A stretch of 64,000 nucleotides of DNA from an uncultured bacterium (lineage in GTDB: Bacteria > Oederibacteriota > Oederibacteriia > Oederibacteriales > Oederibacteriaceae). The position numbers and the translations under genes were made by a program. Position 1 is the stretch's first letter. Every line of letters starts with the position of its first letter. Shown in pieces: positions 42,988 through 53,128 of the stretch. The notes beneath the pieces were generated by a model. That model worked only from the letters and a program-made list of their open reading frames with translations. It was not told the DNA's origin and did not search any database. Location of the stretch: assembly GCA_965112635.1 (NCBI GenBank), contig OZ218778.1, positions 1,056,001-1,120,000 of the forward strand, read 5' to 3'.

Positions 42988-43016
42988 TTGACATAAGCAT
43001 TTTTCCAAACTATTCT
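42988..43016 (+). promoter_or_regulatory. Sigma70 promoter heading the plus-strand glycosylation operon
   Basis: TTGACA-N17-TATTCT. Confidence 0.65.
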
Positions 43017-43058
43017 CTAGGTTAATTGCCAATATTTAAAGACATCAGGAGGGTCACG

Positions 43059-44030
43059 ATGGAGTATACCAATCTGGGACGTACGGCTTTAAAGGTCAGC
43101 CGGTTTTGCCTGGGGACCATGAACTTCGGGCCTTTGGCCACCGAGGACGACAGCCATAAAATCATGGACCGGGCCTTGGAGCTGGGGATCAATTTTTTTG
43201 ACACGGCGGATGTTTACGGCTGGAAAAAGGGCGAGGGAGTGACAGAGCAGATCATCGGCAGGTGGTTCGGGCAGGGCGGGGGGAGAAGGGAAAAAGCCGT
43301 GCTGGCCACAAAGGTTTTCGGGGATATGGGCGACTGGCCCAACCAGTCCCGTTTGTCGGCCCTGCATATCATCAAGGCTTGCGAAGACAGCCTAAAACGC
43401 CTGCAAACAGACCATATCGACCTGTACCAAATGCACCATATCCATCCGGAGGCTCCCTGGGAAGAGATCTGGCAGGCCATGGAACAGTTGGTGAGGAGCG
43501 GCAAGGTCATTTATGTCGGGAGCAGCAATTTTGCCGCCTGGAACATCGCCCAGGCTAATGAAGCGGCCAAGAACAGGCATTTCTTGGGGCTGGTTTCCGA
43601 GCAAAGCCTGTATAACCTGAACGCCCGAACTATCGAATTGGAGGTAATCCCTGCCTGCCGTACTTATGGGCTGGGGTTGATATGCTGGAGCCCTTTGGCC
43701 GGCGGACTTTTGGGCGGGGTTCTGCGCAAAAACGCAAAGGGGAGAAGGACCCAGGAAAGGATGAAAGAAAATTTAAAAAAGAACCTGCCGAAAATAAAGG
43801 CCTATGAAAACCTTTGCGCCAAGCTGGGGGAAGAACCGGCCTTGGTAGGACTGGCCTGGCTTCTGGCCCAGCCGGCCGTGACCGCTCCGATCGTCGGCCC
43901 CCGCACCCAGGAACAACTGGAAGAAGCCGTACTGGCCTTAAAAGTAAAGCTGTCCAAAAAGACATTGGAGAAACTGGACCAGATCTTTCCTGGACCCGGG
44001 GGGGCAGCTCCCTGGGCCTATGCCTGGTGA
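43059..44030 (+). CDS. Aldo/keto reductase
   Basis: LGTMNFG, FDTADVY, SLKRLQTDHIDLYQMH and WSPLAGG. Confidence 0.93.
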   Translation: MEYTNLGRTALKVSRFCLGTMNFGPLATEDDSHKIMDRALELGINFFDTADVYGWKKGEGVTEQIIGRWFGQGGGRREKAVLATKVFGDMGDWPNQSRLSALHIIKACEDSLKRLQTDHIDLYQMHHIHPEAPWEEIWQAMEQLVRSGKVIYVGSSNFAAWNIAQANEAAKNRHFLGLVSEQSLYNLNARTIELEVIPACRTYGLGLICWSPLAGGLLGGVLRKNAKGRRTQERMKENLKKNLPKIKAYENLCAKLGEEPALVGLAWLLAQPAVTAPIVGPRTQEQLEEAVLALKVKLSKKTLEKLDQIFPGPGGAAPWAYAW

Positions 44031-44048
44031 ACATGAAAGGACGATCCC

Positions 44049-45437
44049 TTGCCCATTGAACCGCGGGAGCCGTTGTTCGAGCTGGCCAAGCCGCCGGTGA
44101 CCTTCACCAAAGGCGTGAAGTTCCCCAAGCCCGAAAAGATCATGATCTATGACGACACCCTCCGCGACGGGGAACAAATGCCCGGGGTGGCGTTCAGCCC
44201 GGAACAAAAGGTGGAGCTGGCCAAACTTTTGAGCGATATAGGCGTGGACGTGATGGACGTGGCTTTCCCCGCTTCCTCGGCCTCGGACTGCAAGGCCATC
44301 CAGCTCATCGTGAAGGCGCAGAAAAGGGGCGACATCCGGCCGGAGGTGGAGATCCTGGCCATGTGCCGGGGGGTCATGGAAGATATCGACAAGGTCGTGA
44401 ACACGGTCCAGGAGATCGGCGCCAAACCCGATGATGTCAGCGTGCTGATCCTGTCCACCTTCTCAGACCTGCATCTCAAGTACAAACTGGGCAAGGCACT
44501 CCTCAAAAGGGAAGGCCGTTCTCTGGACGAATGGCTGGACCTGCCGGTGGAGTTCTACCGCGACGCCAACATCAAGCTCATCACCGAAGCGATCGGTTAC
44601 GCCAGGCAAAAAGGGATCTCCAGGGTGGAATTCGCCTCGGAGGACGCTTCCCGGGGAGACGTGAACTACGCGGTAGCCTGGGCCAAAGCCTGCGTCAAAG
44701 CCGGGGGGACGCGGATGTGCTTTTCCGATACCTGCGGGGTCTTCACGCCGGAGGCCGTGGACCATTACATCCCGCCGCTCGTCAAGGCCCTGGGCGGGGT
44801 GCCGCTCACGGCCCACTTCCACAATGATTTCGGCATGGGCGCCTACAACACGGTCAGAGCCCTGAGCCGGGGAGCGACCTTTGCCAGCGTCACGGCCAAC
44901 GGCATCGGCGAGAGGGCCGGCAACGCGCCCCTGCATACGGTCGTGATGATACTCAAAAACCTCTACGGGGTTACTCTTCCCCGGTTCAAATACGAAAAAC
45001 TGACGGAGCTGCGCAAGGCCATAGAAAACGCCTCGGGTATACCCATGCAGCTCCACGAGCCCATCATCGGGGAGAACGTGTTTTCGCACGAGTCGGGCAT
45101 CCATACCGCGGCCATCGTCATCCATCCCTATATCTACCAGTTCATCCACGAGAAAGAGGTGGGAGGAAAGCAGAGGTTCGTGTTCGGGAAACACAGCGGC
45201 GCCGCCGCTGTCGAGGCGGTCATCAATAAATACAAGCAGGTCCTCGATAAAAACAACATAGCCGTAAGCCCGGAGCTCGTGGAGCAGGCCCTGGAGATGG
45301 TCAAGAAAAAAAGGGAAGAAATGATCCGGGACGGGAATACCGCGGAATTCATCAAAAAGTATTATGAAAACTGCAATAACTTGGGCATTTCCGAGGAAAA
45401 GCTCATCGAATATTTAATATCTAAAAAGAAGAAATGA
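44049..45437 (+). CDS. DRE-TIM metallolyase (LeuA/homocitrate/citramalate synthase family), no regulatory domain
   Basis: DTLRDGEQ, HFHNDFG, GIGERAGN, HESGIH and GKHSG. Confidence 0.85.
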   Translation: MPIEPREPLFELAKPPVTFTKGVKFPKPEKIMIYDDTLRDGEQMPGVAFSPEQKVELAKLLSDIGVDVMDVAFPASSASDCKAIQLIVKAQKRGDIRPEVEILAMCRGVMEDIDKVVNTVQEIGAKPDDVSVLILSTFSDLHLKYKLGKALLKREGRSLDEWLDLPVEFYRDANIKLITEAIGYARQKGISRVEFASEDASRGDVNYAVAWAKACVKAGGTRMCFSDTCGVFTPEAVDHYIPPLVKALGGVPLTAHFHNDFGMGAYNTVRALSRGATFASVTANGIGERAGNAPLHTVVMILKNLYGVTLPRFKYEKLTELRKAIENASGIPMQLHEPIIGENVFSHESGIHTAAIVIHPYIYQFIHEKEVGGKQRFVFGKHSGAAAVEAVINKYKQVLDKNNIAVSPELVEQALEMVKKKREEMIRDGNTAEFIKKYYENCNNLGISEEKLIEYLISKKKK

Positions 45438-45462
45438 TTTAAAATATTGGGCGGAGGAAAGC

Positions 45463-46455
45463 GTGAAAAAACAAGAAGGCCTGATCTCTGTGGTGGTGCC
45501 TGTTTATAATGAAGAGGGGAATATCGTTCCTTTTCTGGAACGGACCGAAAAGACCCTGGAAAAAACAGGCCACAACTATGAGATCATCTTTTGCCTGGAC
45601 CCTTCTCCTGACCACACCGAAGAAATTATCTGCCAGGCCATAGAAAAGGACCCCCAAGTGCGCCTGCTGGTGTTCAGCCGGAGATTTGGACAACCGGCCG
45701 CCACCTTGGCCGGCATTCATAACGCCAAGGGCGAAGCCGTGGTGGTAATCGATGTGGACCTGCAGGACCCTCCGGAGCTTATAGGGGAAATGGTCCAAAA
45801 ATGGGAAGAAGGCTATGATGTCGTTTATGCTAAGCGCAGGTCCAGAAAAGGCGAGACCTTCATCAAGGAAGCCGTGTCCCATGCCGGCTACAAATTGATC
45901 AGCGCCATCTCCGATGTCAATATCCCCAGAGATACCGGAGATTTTAGGCTGATCAACCGGCGGGTGGTAGACACTCTCAAGAGCCTCAAAGAAAGCCATG
46001 GTTTTTTGCGGGGCCTGGTGGCTTTCGTGGGTTTCAGGCAGACCGCCGTGGAGTATGACCGGGAGGAACGTGCTTCCGGCAGGGGTAAATATAACCGCTA
46101 TCTAGGTTCCCTCAAGATCGGCCTCAATGGGATCGTGAGTTTTTCCAGCCGTCCGTTACAGTGGGTATCCTTGCTGGGGGTCATGGTCGCCTGCTGCGGA
46201 TTTTTGCTGGCCTTGTGGTATATCATCCAAAAATGGATGATCCATTATGAGCTTACCCCGGGTTTGTCCACGACCGTGGTGGTGGTGACTTTTTTCTCCG
46301 GGGTTCAACTATTCTCGCTTGGGCTGATCGGTGAATATATCGGGCGCATATACGATGAGGTCAAACAGAGGCCACTCTATATCGTGGACCGGGAAATAGC
46401 ACATTCCAAAAAAAATGACGCGGTCAGTTCGATGAATAAGAGACCGGTGGCATGA
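45463..46455 (+). CDS. GT2 polyprenol-phosphate glycosyltransferase (GtrB-like)
   Basis: VVPVYNEE, DVDLQDPPE, DTGDFRL, two TMs and GEYIGRIY. Confidence 0.92.
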   Translation: MKKQEGLISVVVPVYNEEGNIVPFLERTEKTLEKTGHNYEIIFCLDPSPDHTEEIICQAIEKDPQVRLLVFSRRFGQPAATLAGIHNAKGEAVVVIDVDLQDPPELIGEMVQKWEEGYDVVYAKRRSRKGETFIKEAVSHAGYKLISAISDVNIPRDTGDFRLINRRVVDTLKSLKESHGFLRGLVAFVGFRQTAVEYDREERASGRGKYNRYLGSLKIGLNGIVSFSSRPLQWVSLLGVMVACCGFLLALWYIIQKWMIHYELTPGLSTTVVVVTFFSGVQLFSLGLIGEYIGRIYDEVKQRPLYIVDREIAHSKKNDAVSSMNKRPVA

Positions 46456-47171
46456 GCAAGTGGCCTAAAAAACTGCCGACCCTGAACAAAGTCCAAAAAT
46501 CCATTGAAAATGATTTTGTAAAGAACTGGCACATGGAATTGGCCGGCAATACCAGGTACCGCTATATTGAAAAATTCAACCATTCCTATATTTTGAAACA
46601 CTGTCGCCAAGGGGGCAGGGTCCTGGAGATCGGGGCGGGCCTGGGGGAACATCTTTATTACGAGGACCTGACCAAAATTACAGAATATACCGCCCTGGAG
46701 TTAAGGCCGGCCATGGCCAGGATCATTAAAAAAAGGTTCCCGTTGGTCAAAGTGATCCTGGGAGATTGTCAGAAGAGATTCAAGGTCAGGGATGGTTATT
46801 TTGACCGTGTCGTGGCCGTCCATGTGCTGGAACATCTGCCCAATCTGCCAGCTACCCTGAAAGAGGTGCACAGAGTCCTCAAGCCAGGCGGAGAATTTTG
46901 TGTGGTCATTCCCTGTGAGGGAGGTTGGGCTTACGACATGGCGAGACGGCTGAGCGCCAAGAAACTTTTTAAACAGAAGTACGGAATGGATTATGAGTGG
47001 TTCACCAAAAGGCAGCATGTCAATTTACCCTGGGAGATCGACGAAGAGCTGGAACAATATTTTACTGTCAACAAAAGAGAATTTTTCCCTTTGAAAATTC
47101 CGATCGTGAGCTGGAATTTGGTCATCAGCATGATCTTAAAACCATTGCCGCGCAATCTGGTTAAAATTTAA
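46452..47171 (+). CDS. Class I SAM-dependent methyltransferase
   Basis: LEIGAGLG, HVLEH and VLKPGG. Confidence 0.85.
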   Translation: MSKWPKKLPTLNKVQKSIENDFVKNWHMELAGNTRYRYIEKFNHSYILKHCRQGGRVLEIGAGLGEHLYYEDLTKITEYTALELRPAMARIIKKRFPLVKVILGDCQKRFKVRDGYFDRVVAVHVLEHLPNLPATLKEVHRVLKPGGEFCVVIPCEGGWAYDMARRLSAKKLFKQKYGMDYEWFTKRQHVNLPWEIDEELEQYFTVNKREFFPLKIPIVSWNLVISMILKPLPRNLVKI

Positions 47172-47186
47172 AGGAGCGAGGGCGGG

Positions 47187-48149
47187 ATGCAGATAAAAAA
47201 AGCTTTTGTGACCGGGGCAGCGGGATTTATCGGGAGCAATCTCGTCGATCGTCTGCTGGGAAAAGGGATCCAGGTGACGGGGTTCGATAACTTTTCCACG
47301 GGTTTCCACGAATTCATTGAAAACGCCAAAAAATCCCCCCATTTTAAAATGATCAAAGGCGATGTGCTGGACACCCCTGCCTTGACCAAAGCCATGGCCA
47401 GCTGTGATTTTGTCTTTCATTTTGCAGCCAATGCGGACGTGCGTTTTGGGACAGAGAAGCCCCGCAAGGACTTAGAGCAAAATACCGTGGCTACTTTCAA
47501 TGTCCTGGAGGCGATGAGTAGATGCGGGATCAAAAGGATAGCTTTTACTTCCACGGGTTCCATCTATGGCGAAGCCAACATCCATCCCACGCCTGAAAAC
47601 GCACCGTTCCCGGTGCAGACCTCCCTCTACGGGGCTTCTAAACTGGCCGGGGAAGGCCTGCTGGAAGCTTTTAGCGAAGGGTTCGGCATGCAGGTGTATA
47701 TATTCCGGTTCGTTTCCATTCTGGGAGAACGCTACACCCACGGCCATGTATTTGATTTTTATAAAAGTCTTCTGGCTAATCCCCACACTTTACGGGTTCT
47801 GGGCAACGGCAAACAGCGCAAATCCTATCTCTATGTCCAGGATTGCGTGGAAGCGGTGCTGCTGGCCATCGCCAAGACCAAACAGAAAGTGAATATTTTC
47901 AACCTGGGCACCAATGAATACATCGAAGTGGACCAGTCCGTGGGCTGGATCAGTGATTACCTGGGCGTGAAACCCAAGATCGTGCACGGCGGAGGGGACA
48001 GAGGCTGGGTGGGTGATAATCCTTTTATCTTTTTGGATACGGAGAAGATCCAATCCCTGGGTTGGAAGCCCAAGCTGACCATTAAGCAAGGGATATTGAA
48101 TACTTTGGATTATTTCAAACAAAATCCATGGTTGCTGGAGCGCCGATGA
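47187..48149 (+). CDS. NAD-dependent nucleotide-sugar epimerase/dehydratase
   Basis: TGAAGFIGS and YGASK. Confidence 0.92.
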   Translation: MQIKKAFVTGAAGFIGSNLVDRLLGKGIQVTGFDNFSTGFHEFIENAKKSPHFKMIKGDVLDTPALTKAMASCDFVFHFAANADVRFGTEKPRKDLEQNTVATFNVLEAMSRCGIKRIAFTSTGSIYGEANIHPTPENAPFPVQTSLYGASKLAGEGLLEAFSEGFGMQVYIFRFVSILGERYTHGHVFDFYKSLLANPHTLRVLGNGKQRKSYLYVQDCVEAVLLAIAKTKQKVNIFNLGTNEYIEVDQSVGWISDYLGVKPKIVHGGGDRGWVGDNPFIFLDTEKIQSLGWKPKLTIKQGILNTLDYFKQNPWLLERR

Positions 48150-49462
48150 AAGTCGCTGTCTTCGGGTTGTGGCATCTGGGATCGGTGACGGCCGCCTGCC
48201 TGGGTCAGGCAGGACACACGGTCACGGGTATAGAACCGGACAAAGACAAGGTGGCCGGTTTCAGACAGGGGAAGGCCCCCTTGTTTGAACCAGGCTTGGA
48301 TGAGCTGCTCAAAAAAGGAATAGATGGCGGCCGGCTGTCCTTTACTTCTAGCCTTGAAGAGGGACTGAAAGAGGCGCAAGTTCTATGGGTGACCTTTGAT
48401 ACGCCGGTGGACGACAAGGACCGCGCGGACACGGAGTTTGTATCCAAAAAGATCCAGGAGTGTTTTCCCTATCTCAGCTCTGGCATGACGGTTCTGATCT
48501 CATCCCAGATGCCGGTGGGTAGTACCGGGAAATTGCAGGACCTGTTCAATGCTCAATACACGGACAGAAAAGTGCGTTTCTGCTATTCGCCGGAAAATCT
48601 GAGGCTAGGTAAGGCCATTGAGGTCTTTACCCGGCCTGACCGGGTCGTGGTGGGGGCGCCTGACACGGAGTCAAGGAAGGCCATCCAGCAACTGCTTTCT
48701 CCGGTCACGGACCGGATCGAGTGGATGTCGGTAGCCTCCGCCGAGATGACGAAGCACGCTATTAACACATTTTTGGCGACCTCCGTAGTGTTCATCAATG
48801 AACTGGCCACCCTGTGCGAAAAGACGGGAGCTGATGCCAAGGAAGTGGAAAGGGGTCTTAAAACCGAGCAAAGGATCGGCCCTAAGGCCTATGTTTCGGC
48901 CGGCGGGGCTTTTGCTGGTGGGACCCTGGCCAGGGACGTGGTTTTTTTAAAGGAACTGAGCGAACAACAAGGCAGAAGCAATTCCCTTTTTGGGGCGGTG
49001 CTGCAGAGCAATGAATCCCATAAGCTGTGGTCCAGAAACAAACTGGCCGGAGTAATGGGAACACTCCAAGGAAAGAGCGTTGGGGTTCTGGGATTAGCCT
49101 ACAAGACCGGGACCAGTACCCTGCGGCGTTCCAGTGCCGTGGAGCTTTGCCGCTGGCTCAAGGAACAGGGAGCTAAAGTGAGCGCTTTTGACCCGGTCAT
49201 CAAGTCGCTACCCGCTGAACTCAGCCCGGTAATCCAGTTGAGTCCAGGGGTGGAAAAACTTTTTTTGGATAACGATGCCGTGGTGGTGGCCAATGAATGG
49301 CCGGAATTAAAGGCCCTGTCCCTGAAGGACCTTTTGGGTAAAGATAAGCGGTCCGTTATCATCGATCCCAATGGATTTTTTGCAGGTCAGCCGTTGCCCC
49401 AAGGAGTAAAGTATTGCAGGGTAGGGGCGTCGGAACAGCACCTGAAAGACCAGAAAGGATAA
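48146..49462 (+). CDS. UDP-glucose/GDP-mannose dehydrogenase family protein lacking the catalytic Cys
   Basis: GLWHLG, EPGL, SPENLR, AEMTKHAIN and GLAYK; AGGTLARD in place of GGSCxxKD. Confidence 0.88.
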   Translation: MKVAVFGLWHLGSVTAACLGQAGHTVTGIEPDKDKVAGFRQGKAPLFEPGLDELLKKGIDGGRLSFTSSLEEGLKEAQVLWVTFDTPVDDKDRADTEFVSKKIQECFPYLSSGMTVLISSQMPVGSTGKLQDLFNAQYTDRKVRFCYSPENLRLGKAIEVFTRPDRVVVGAPDTESRKAIQQLLSPVTDRIEWMSVASAEMTKHAINTFLATSVVFINELATLCEKTGADAKEVERGLKTEQRIGPKAYVSAGGAFAGGTLARDVVFLKELSEQQGRSNSLFGAVLQSNESHKLWSRNKLAGVMGTLQGKSVGVLGLAYKTGTSTLRRSSAVELCRWLKEQGAKVSAFDPVIKSLPAELSPVIQLSPGVEKLFLDNDAVVVANEWPELKALSLKDLLGKDKRSVIIDPNGFFAGQPLPQGVKYCRVGASEQHLKDQKG

Positions 49463-49466
49463 AACT

Positions 49467-50336
49467 TTGAAATTAAAAGGTAAAAAAGCGCTGATCACGG
49501 GTGCCAACCAGGGCCTGGGTCTGGCTATTGCCGAGGCTTTTGTGGACGAAGGGGCTGATATTTTTATCGGGGCCAGGAATCAGATCCTTCTGGAGCAGAA
49601 GGCCCTGCGGCTTAGGGAAAAAGCCGTTCCCGGCCAGCAGATCAATACTTTCAAGCTCGATGTGGCAGACCGGGTGTCTGTGGATGCTTTTATGAGCAGA
49701 GTCAACCAAGCTTGGGGGGCCTTGGATATTCTGGTCAATAACGCCGGTGTCTATGGTCCTAAAGGGTTTATTGAAGAGGTGAACTGGAAAGAATGGGTAG
49801 AGGCCATCCAGATTAATCTGATGGGGACCGTGTATATGTGCCGGGTATGTCTACCGCTTCTAAGGAAATCTCCCCGGGGTAAGATCATCAATCTGTCCGG
49901 CGGCGGCGCCACTTCTCCCCAGCCGGGGATTTCAGCCTACGGGGCCAGCAAGGCCGGGGTGGTACGTTTTACCGAGACCCTGGCCGAAGAATTGAGAGAG
50001 AGCGGGGTGGACGTCAATATCGTCGCACCGGGAGCTTTGAACACCAGGCTTTTGGACGAAGTGCTGGAGGCTGGTCCGGAGAAAGTCGACAAAAAATTTT
50101 ATGAAAAGGCTGTGGAACAGAAAAAAAGGGGAGGCACGCCTCTTTCTAAAGGAGCCGACCTCTGTGTATATCTGGCTAGCGAAAAGAGCGATGGGATCAC
50201 GGGCAAGCTCATCAGTGCGGTGTGGGACCCCTGGGAAACCCTGCAGGAGCACAAGGGCGATCTGGACAAAAAGGACGTTTACACCCTGCGGAGGATCGTT
50301 CCCAAGGACAGGGGCTTAAAGTGGGGACTGGACTAA
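49467..50336 (+). CDS. Short-chain dehydrogenase/reductase
   Basis: TGANQGLG, NNAG and YGASK. Confidence 0.92.
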   Translation: MKLKGKKALITGANQGLGLAIAEAFVDEGADIFIGARNQILLEQKALRLREKAVPGQQINTFKLDVADRVSVDAFMSRVNQAWGALDILVNNAGVYGPKGFIEEVNWKEWVEAIQINLMGTVYMCRVCLPLLRKSPRGKIINLSGGGATSPQPGISAYGASKAGVVRFTETLAEELRESGVDVNIVAPGALNTRLLDEVLEAGPEKVDKKFYEKAVEQKKRGGTPLSKGADLCVYLASEKSDGITGKLISAVWDPWETLQEHKGDLDKKDVYTLRRIVPKDRGLKWGLD

Positions 50337-50337
50337 A

Positions 50338-51336
50338 ATGAAAATAGGCATCATTGGATGCGGTTTGATCGGGAAAAAGCGGGCGGCCAATGCGGTAGGT
50401 CATCAGGTCGCAGCGGTGGCGGATATAGACCTGACCAGGGCCAAAGAGCTGGCGGGGGGATATCCCGGGTGTCTGGCTGTTGCCGATTGGAAAAAAGTCG
50501 TTGCTATCTCCGAGATCGAGGCGGTGGTCGTGGCCACGACCCATGACCTACTATCACCGATCGGGCTTGCCTGCCTCAAGGCGGGGAAGCATGTTCTGCT
50601 GGAAAAACCCGCGGCGCGTTCCAGGAAAGAGCTCCTGCCCCTGGCTAAACTAGCTAAACAAAAGAAAAGGGTGATCAAGGTCGGGTTTAATCACCGTTTT
50701 CACCCTGCCGTTCAAAAAGCCAAGGAGATACTGGAAACGGGAGGGTGCGGGCCGCTGCTTTTCATCCGGGCAAATTACGGGCACGGCGGAAGGATCGGGT
50801 ATGACCGCGAGTGGCGGGCTCAGAAAAAAGTTGCGGGCGGGGGCGAAATGATCGATCAGGGCATGCATCTCATTGACCTGGCCAGATATTTTATGGGCGA
50901 TTTTCACGAGGTCTACGGTTATGTGCCAACTTATTTTTGGGATATGAAGGTGGAAGATAACTCTTTCCTGCATTTAAAGACCAGGAAGGGGCAGACCGCG
51001 TGGCTGCATGCCAGCTGGACCGAGTGGAAGAATATGTTCTCCCTGGAGATCTATTCCCGCACCGCCAAATTGCACATGACCGGCCTGGGAGGGAGTTACG
51101 GCCAGGAACAGCTAGTCCACTACCAAATGCTTCCGGAAATGGGTCCGCCGCAAAAAACGGTCTATGATTTTCCAGGCCAGGACCTTTCCTGGGAGTTGGA
51201 GTTCAAGGATTTTGTGCTAGCCATTGAAACAGGCCGAAGAGCATGCGGAGACATCGAGGATGGTTTGGCCGCCCTGGCGGTGACAGATGCTGTATATAAA
51301 ATGGCTGGTAAAAAGGGCATTGCAGCCAAGCTCTGA
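50338..51336 (+). CDS. Gfo/Idh/MocA family oxidoreductase
   Basis: IGCGLIG, EKP, GFNHRF and DQGMH. Confidence 0.9.
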   Translation: MKIGIIGCGLIGKKRAANAVGHQVAAVADIDLTRAKELAGGYPGCLAVADWKKVVAISEIEAVVVATTHDLLSPIGLACLKAGKHVLLEKPAARSRKELLPLAKLAKQKKRVIKVGFNHRFHPAVQKAKEILETGGCGPLLFIRANYGHGGRIGYDREWRAQKKVAGGGEMIDQGMHLIDLARYFMGDFHEVYGYVPTYFWDMKVEDNSFLHLKTRKGQTAWLHASWTEWKNMFSLEIYSRTAKLHMTGLGGSYGQEQLVHYQMLPEMGPPQKTVYDFPGQDLSWELEFKDFVLAIETGRRACGDIEDGLAALAVTDAVYKMAGKKGIAAKL

Positions 51337-51443
51337 ACGAACGTTTTTACCTGAAAGATTTTTCTCAAGCCTGAAACCCCCTGACCTTACCTTATTTTTA
51401 GTGGTAGGATAGTGGATTAAAGACAGGAGGAGAGCGAAAAACA

Positions 51444-52427
51444 ATGATTATTACCCGCAGTCCTTTAAGGATCACTTTGGGAGGGGGAGGCACGGACCTT
51501 CCTTCCTATTACCGCAAATTCGGCGGTTTTTTGATCGCTGCGGCCATTGATAAATACGTTTACATCACCCTGCACCAAACCTTTGTAGATGATTTTATCT
51601 TGAAGTATTCCCTGATGGAACGAGTCCAGAAGGTCGAACAGATCAAGCATCCTATCGTGAGAGAAGCCCTCAAGCTGGCAGAAGTGGATATTGCCAGCCT
51701 GGAAATCTCTTCCATGGCCGATATTCCGGCCGGGACAGGGCTTGGTTCCTCAGGCAGTTTTACCACGGCTTTATTGAAAGCCCTGCATACCCACAAGAAA
51801 AACCTGATCCAACCCCAGGAGCTGGCCGAGCAGGCCTGCCTCATCGAATTGGAAAAGCTCAAAGAACCTATCGGTAAACAGGACCAGTATATTGCCGCCT
51901 ATGGCGGGGTGACCTGTTTTAATTTCAATGCTGATGATACGGTTACAGCCAGACCCTTAAAAGTTTCCAGAGAAACGCTTTATAACCTGGAAGACAACCT
52001 GCACCTTTTTTTCACAGGTTATTCCCGGTCGGCCTCGGGGATTTTGCGGGACCAGGACGAGAAAAGCAAAAAGGATGACCAGTCGGTCATAGAAAATCTG
52101 CACCATATCAAGGAGCTGGGTCTTAAAAGCCAAAAGGCCTTTGAAGAGGGCGACCTGGATGAGTTTGGCAAGATTCTTGACGAGCACTGGAAATACAAAA
52201 GGAAAAGGTCGCAGGGAATATCCAATCCCAAGATAGACGAATGGTACGAGTTGGGGCTGAAAAATGGTGCTTTGGGAGGCAAATTGATCGGCGCAGGAGG
52301 AGGCGGATTTTTGTGTTTTTATGCCAAGGACAAATCCCGGCTGAGGCGTGCGATGATCCAGGCTGGTCTTCAGGAAGTGCGTTTTCGTTTTGACTATAAT
52401 GGGACCGAGGTCGTGATCCAGTCATGA
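51444..52427 (+). CDS. hddA: D-glycero-D-manno-heptose 7-phosphate kinase (GHMP family)
   Basis: PLRITLGGGGTD, PAGTGLGSSG, GKQDQY and GAGGGG. Confidence 0.85.
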   Translation: MIITRSPLRITLGGGGTDLPSYYRKFGGFLIAAAIDKYVYITLHQTFVDDFILKYSLMERVQKVEQIKHPIVREALKLAEVDIASLEISSMADIPAGTGLGSSGSFTTALLKALHTHKKNLIQPQELAEQACLIELEKLKEPIGKQDQYIAAYGGVTCFNFNADDTVTARPLKVSRETLYNLEDNLHLFFTGYSRSASGILRDQDEKSKKDDQSVIENLHHIKELGLKSQKAFEEGDLDEFGKILDEHWKYKRKRSQGISNPKIDEWYELGLKNGALGGKLIGAGGGGFLCFYAKDKSRLRRAMIQAGLQEVRFRFDYNGTEVVIQS

Positions 52428-53128
52428 CACCGGCAGTGGCCATCCTGGCCGGGGGTCTGGCCACACGTCTGCGCCCCCTTACCGAAAAGATCCCCAAAGC
52501 CATGGTTGCTTTGAATGGCCTGCCTTTTATCCACCACCAAATGACCCTTCTCAAGGACAAGGGGATCAACGAGGTCGTCCTCTGCGTCAGTTATCTGGGA
52601 GAACAGATAAAAGATTACGTGGGGGACGGGTCGCGTTTTGGAGTGAAGGTCAGTTATTCCTGGGACGGAAAAGAACTGCTAGGTTCGGGCGGGGCGCTAG
52701 TCAAAGCCAGGACCCTTTTAGGCGACTCCTTTTGCATTTTGTACGGGGATTCTTACCTGGACGCTGATTATGCGGAAATTTTCAGGTTTTTCAAAAGCTC
52801 CGACAGGCTGGGCCTGATGACCGTTTTTAAAAATAATGGGAAGTTCGACCGGAGTAATGTAATATTTGAGAATGGCAGTATCGTCCGCTATGATAAAAAG
52901 TCAAAAGACCCGGCAATGGTTTACATTGATTATGGCTTGAACCTTTTGACCCAGCGGGCTTTGGACCTGGCTCCAGCGGGAAACTTTGACCTGGCCCAGC
53001 TTTTGGGCAGACTGGTGGCAGAGGGCCAACTGGCGGGGTTTGAGGTCAAAAACAGGTTTTATGAGATTGGCACACCCGCAGGAATAAAGGACACCGAAGA
53101 ATACATCAGGACCAGGGAGAAAAAATGA
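52424..53128 (+). CDS. hddC: Heptose 1-phosphate nucleotidyltransferase (HddC-like)
   Basis: LAGGLATRL, PKAM, YGD and EIGTP; located in the heptose cluster. Confidence 0.75.
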   Translation: MTPAVAILAGGLATRLRPLTEKIPKAMVALNGLPFIHHQMTLLKDKGINEVVLCVSYLGEQIKDYVGDGSRFGVKVSYSWDGKELLGSGGALVKARTLLGDSFCILYGDSYLDADYAEIFRFFKSSDRLGLMTVFKNNGKFDRSNVIFENGSIVRYDKKSKDPAMVYIDYGLNLLTQRALDLAPAGNFDLAQLLGRLVAEGQLAGFEVKNRFYEIGTPAGIKDTEEYIRTREKK

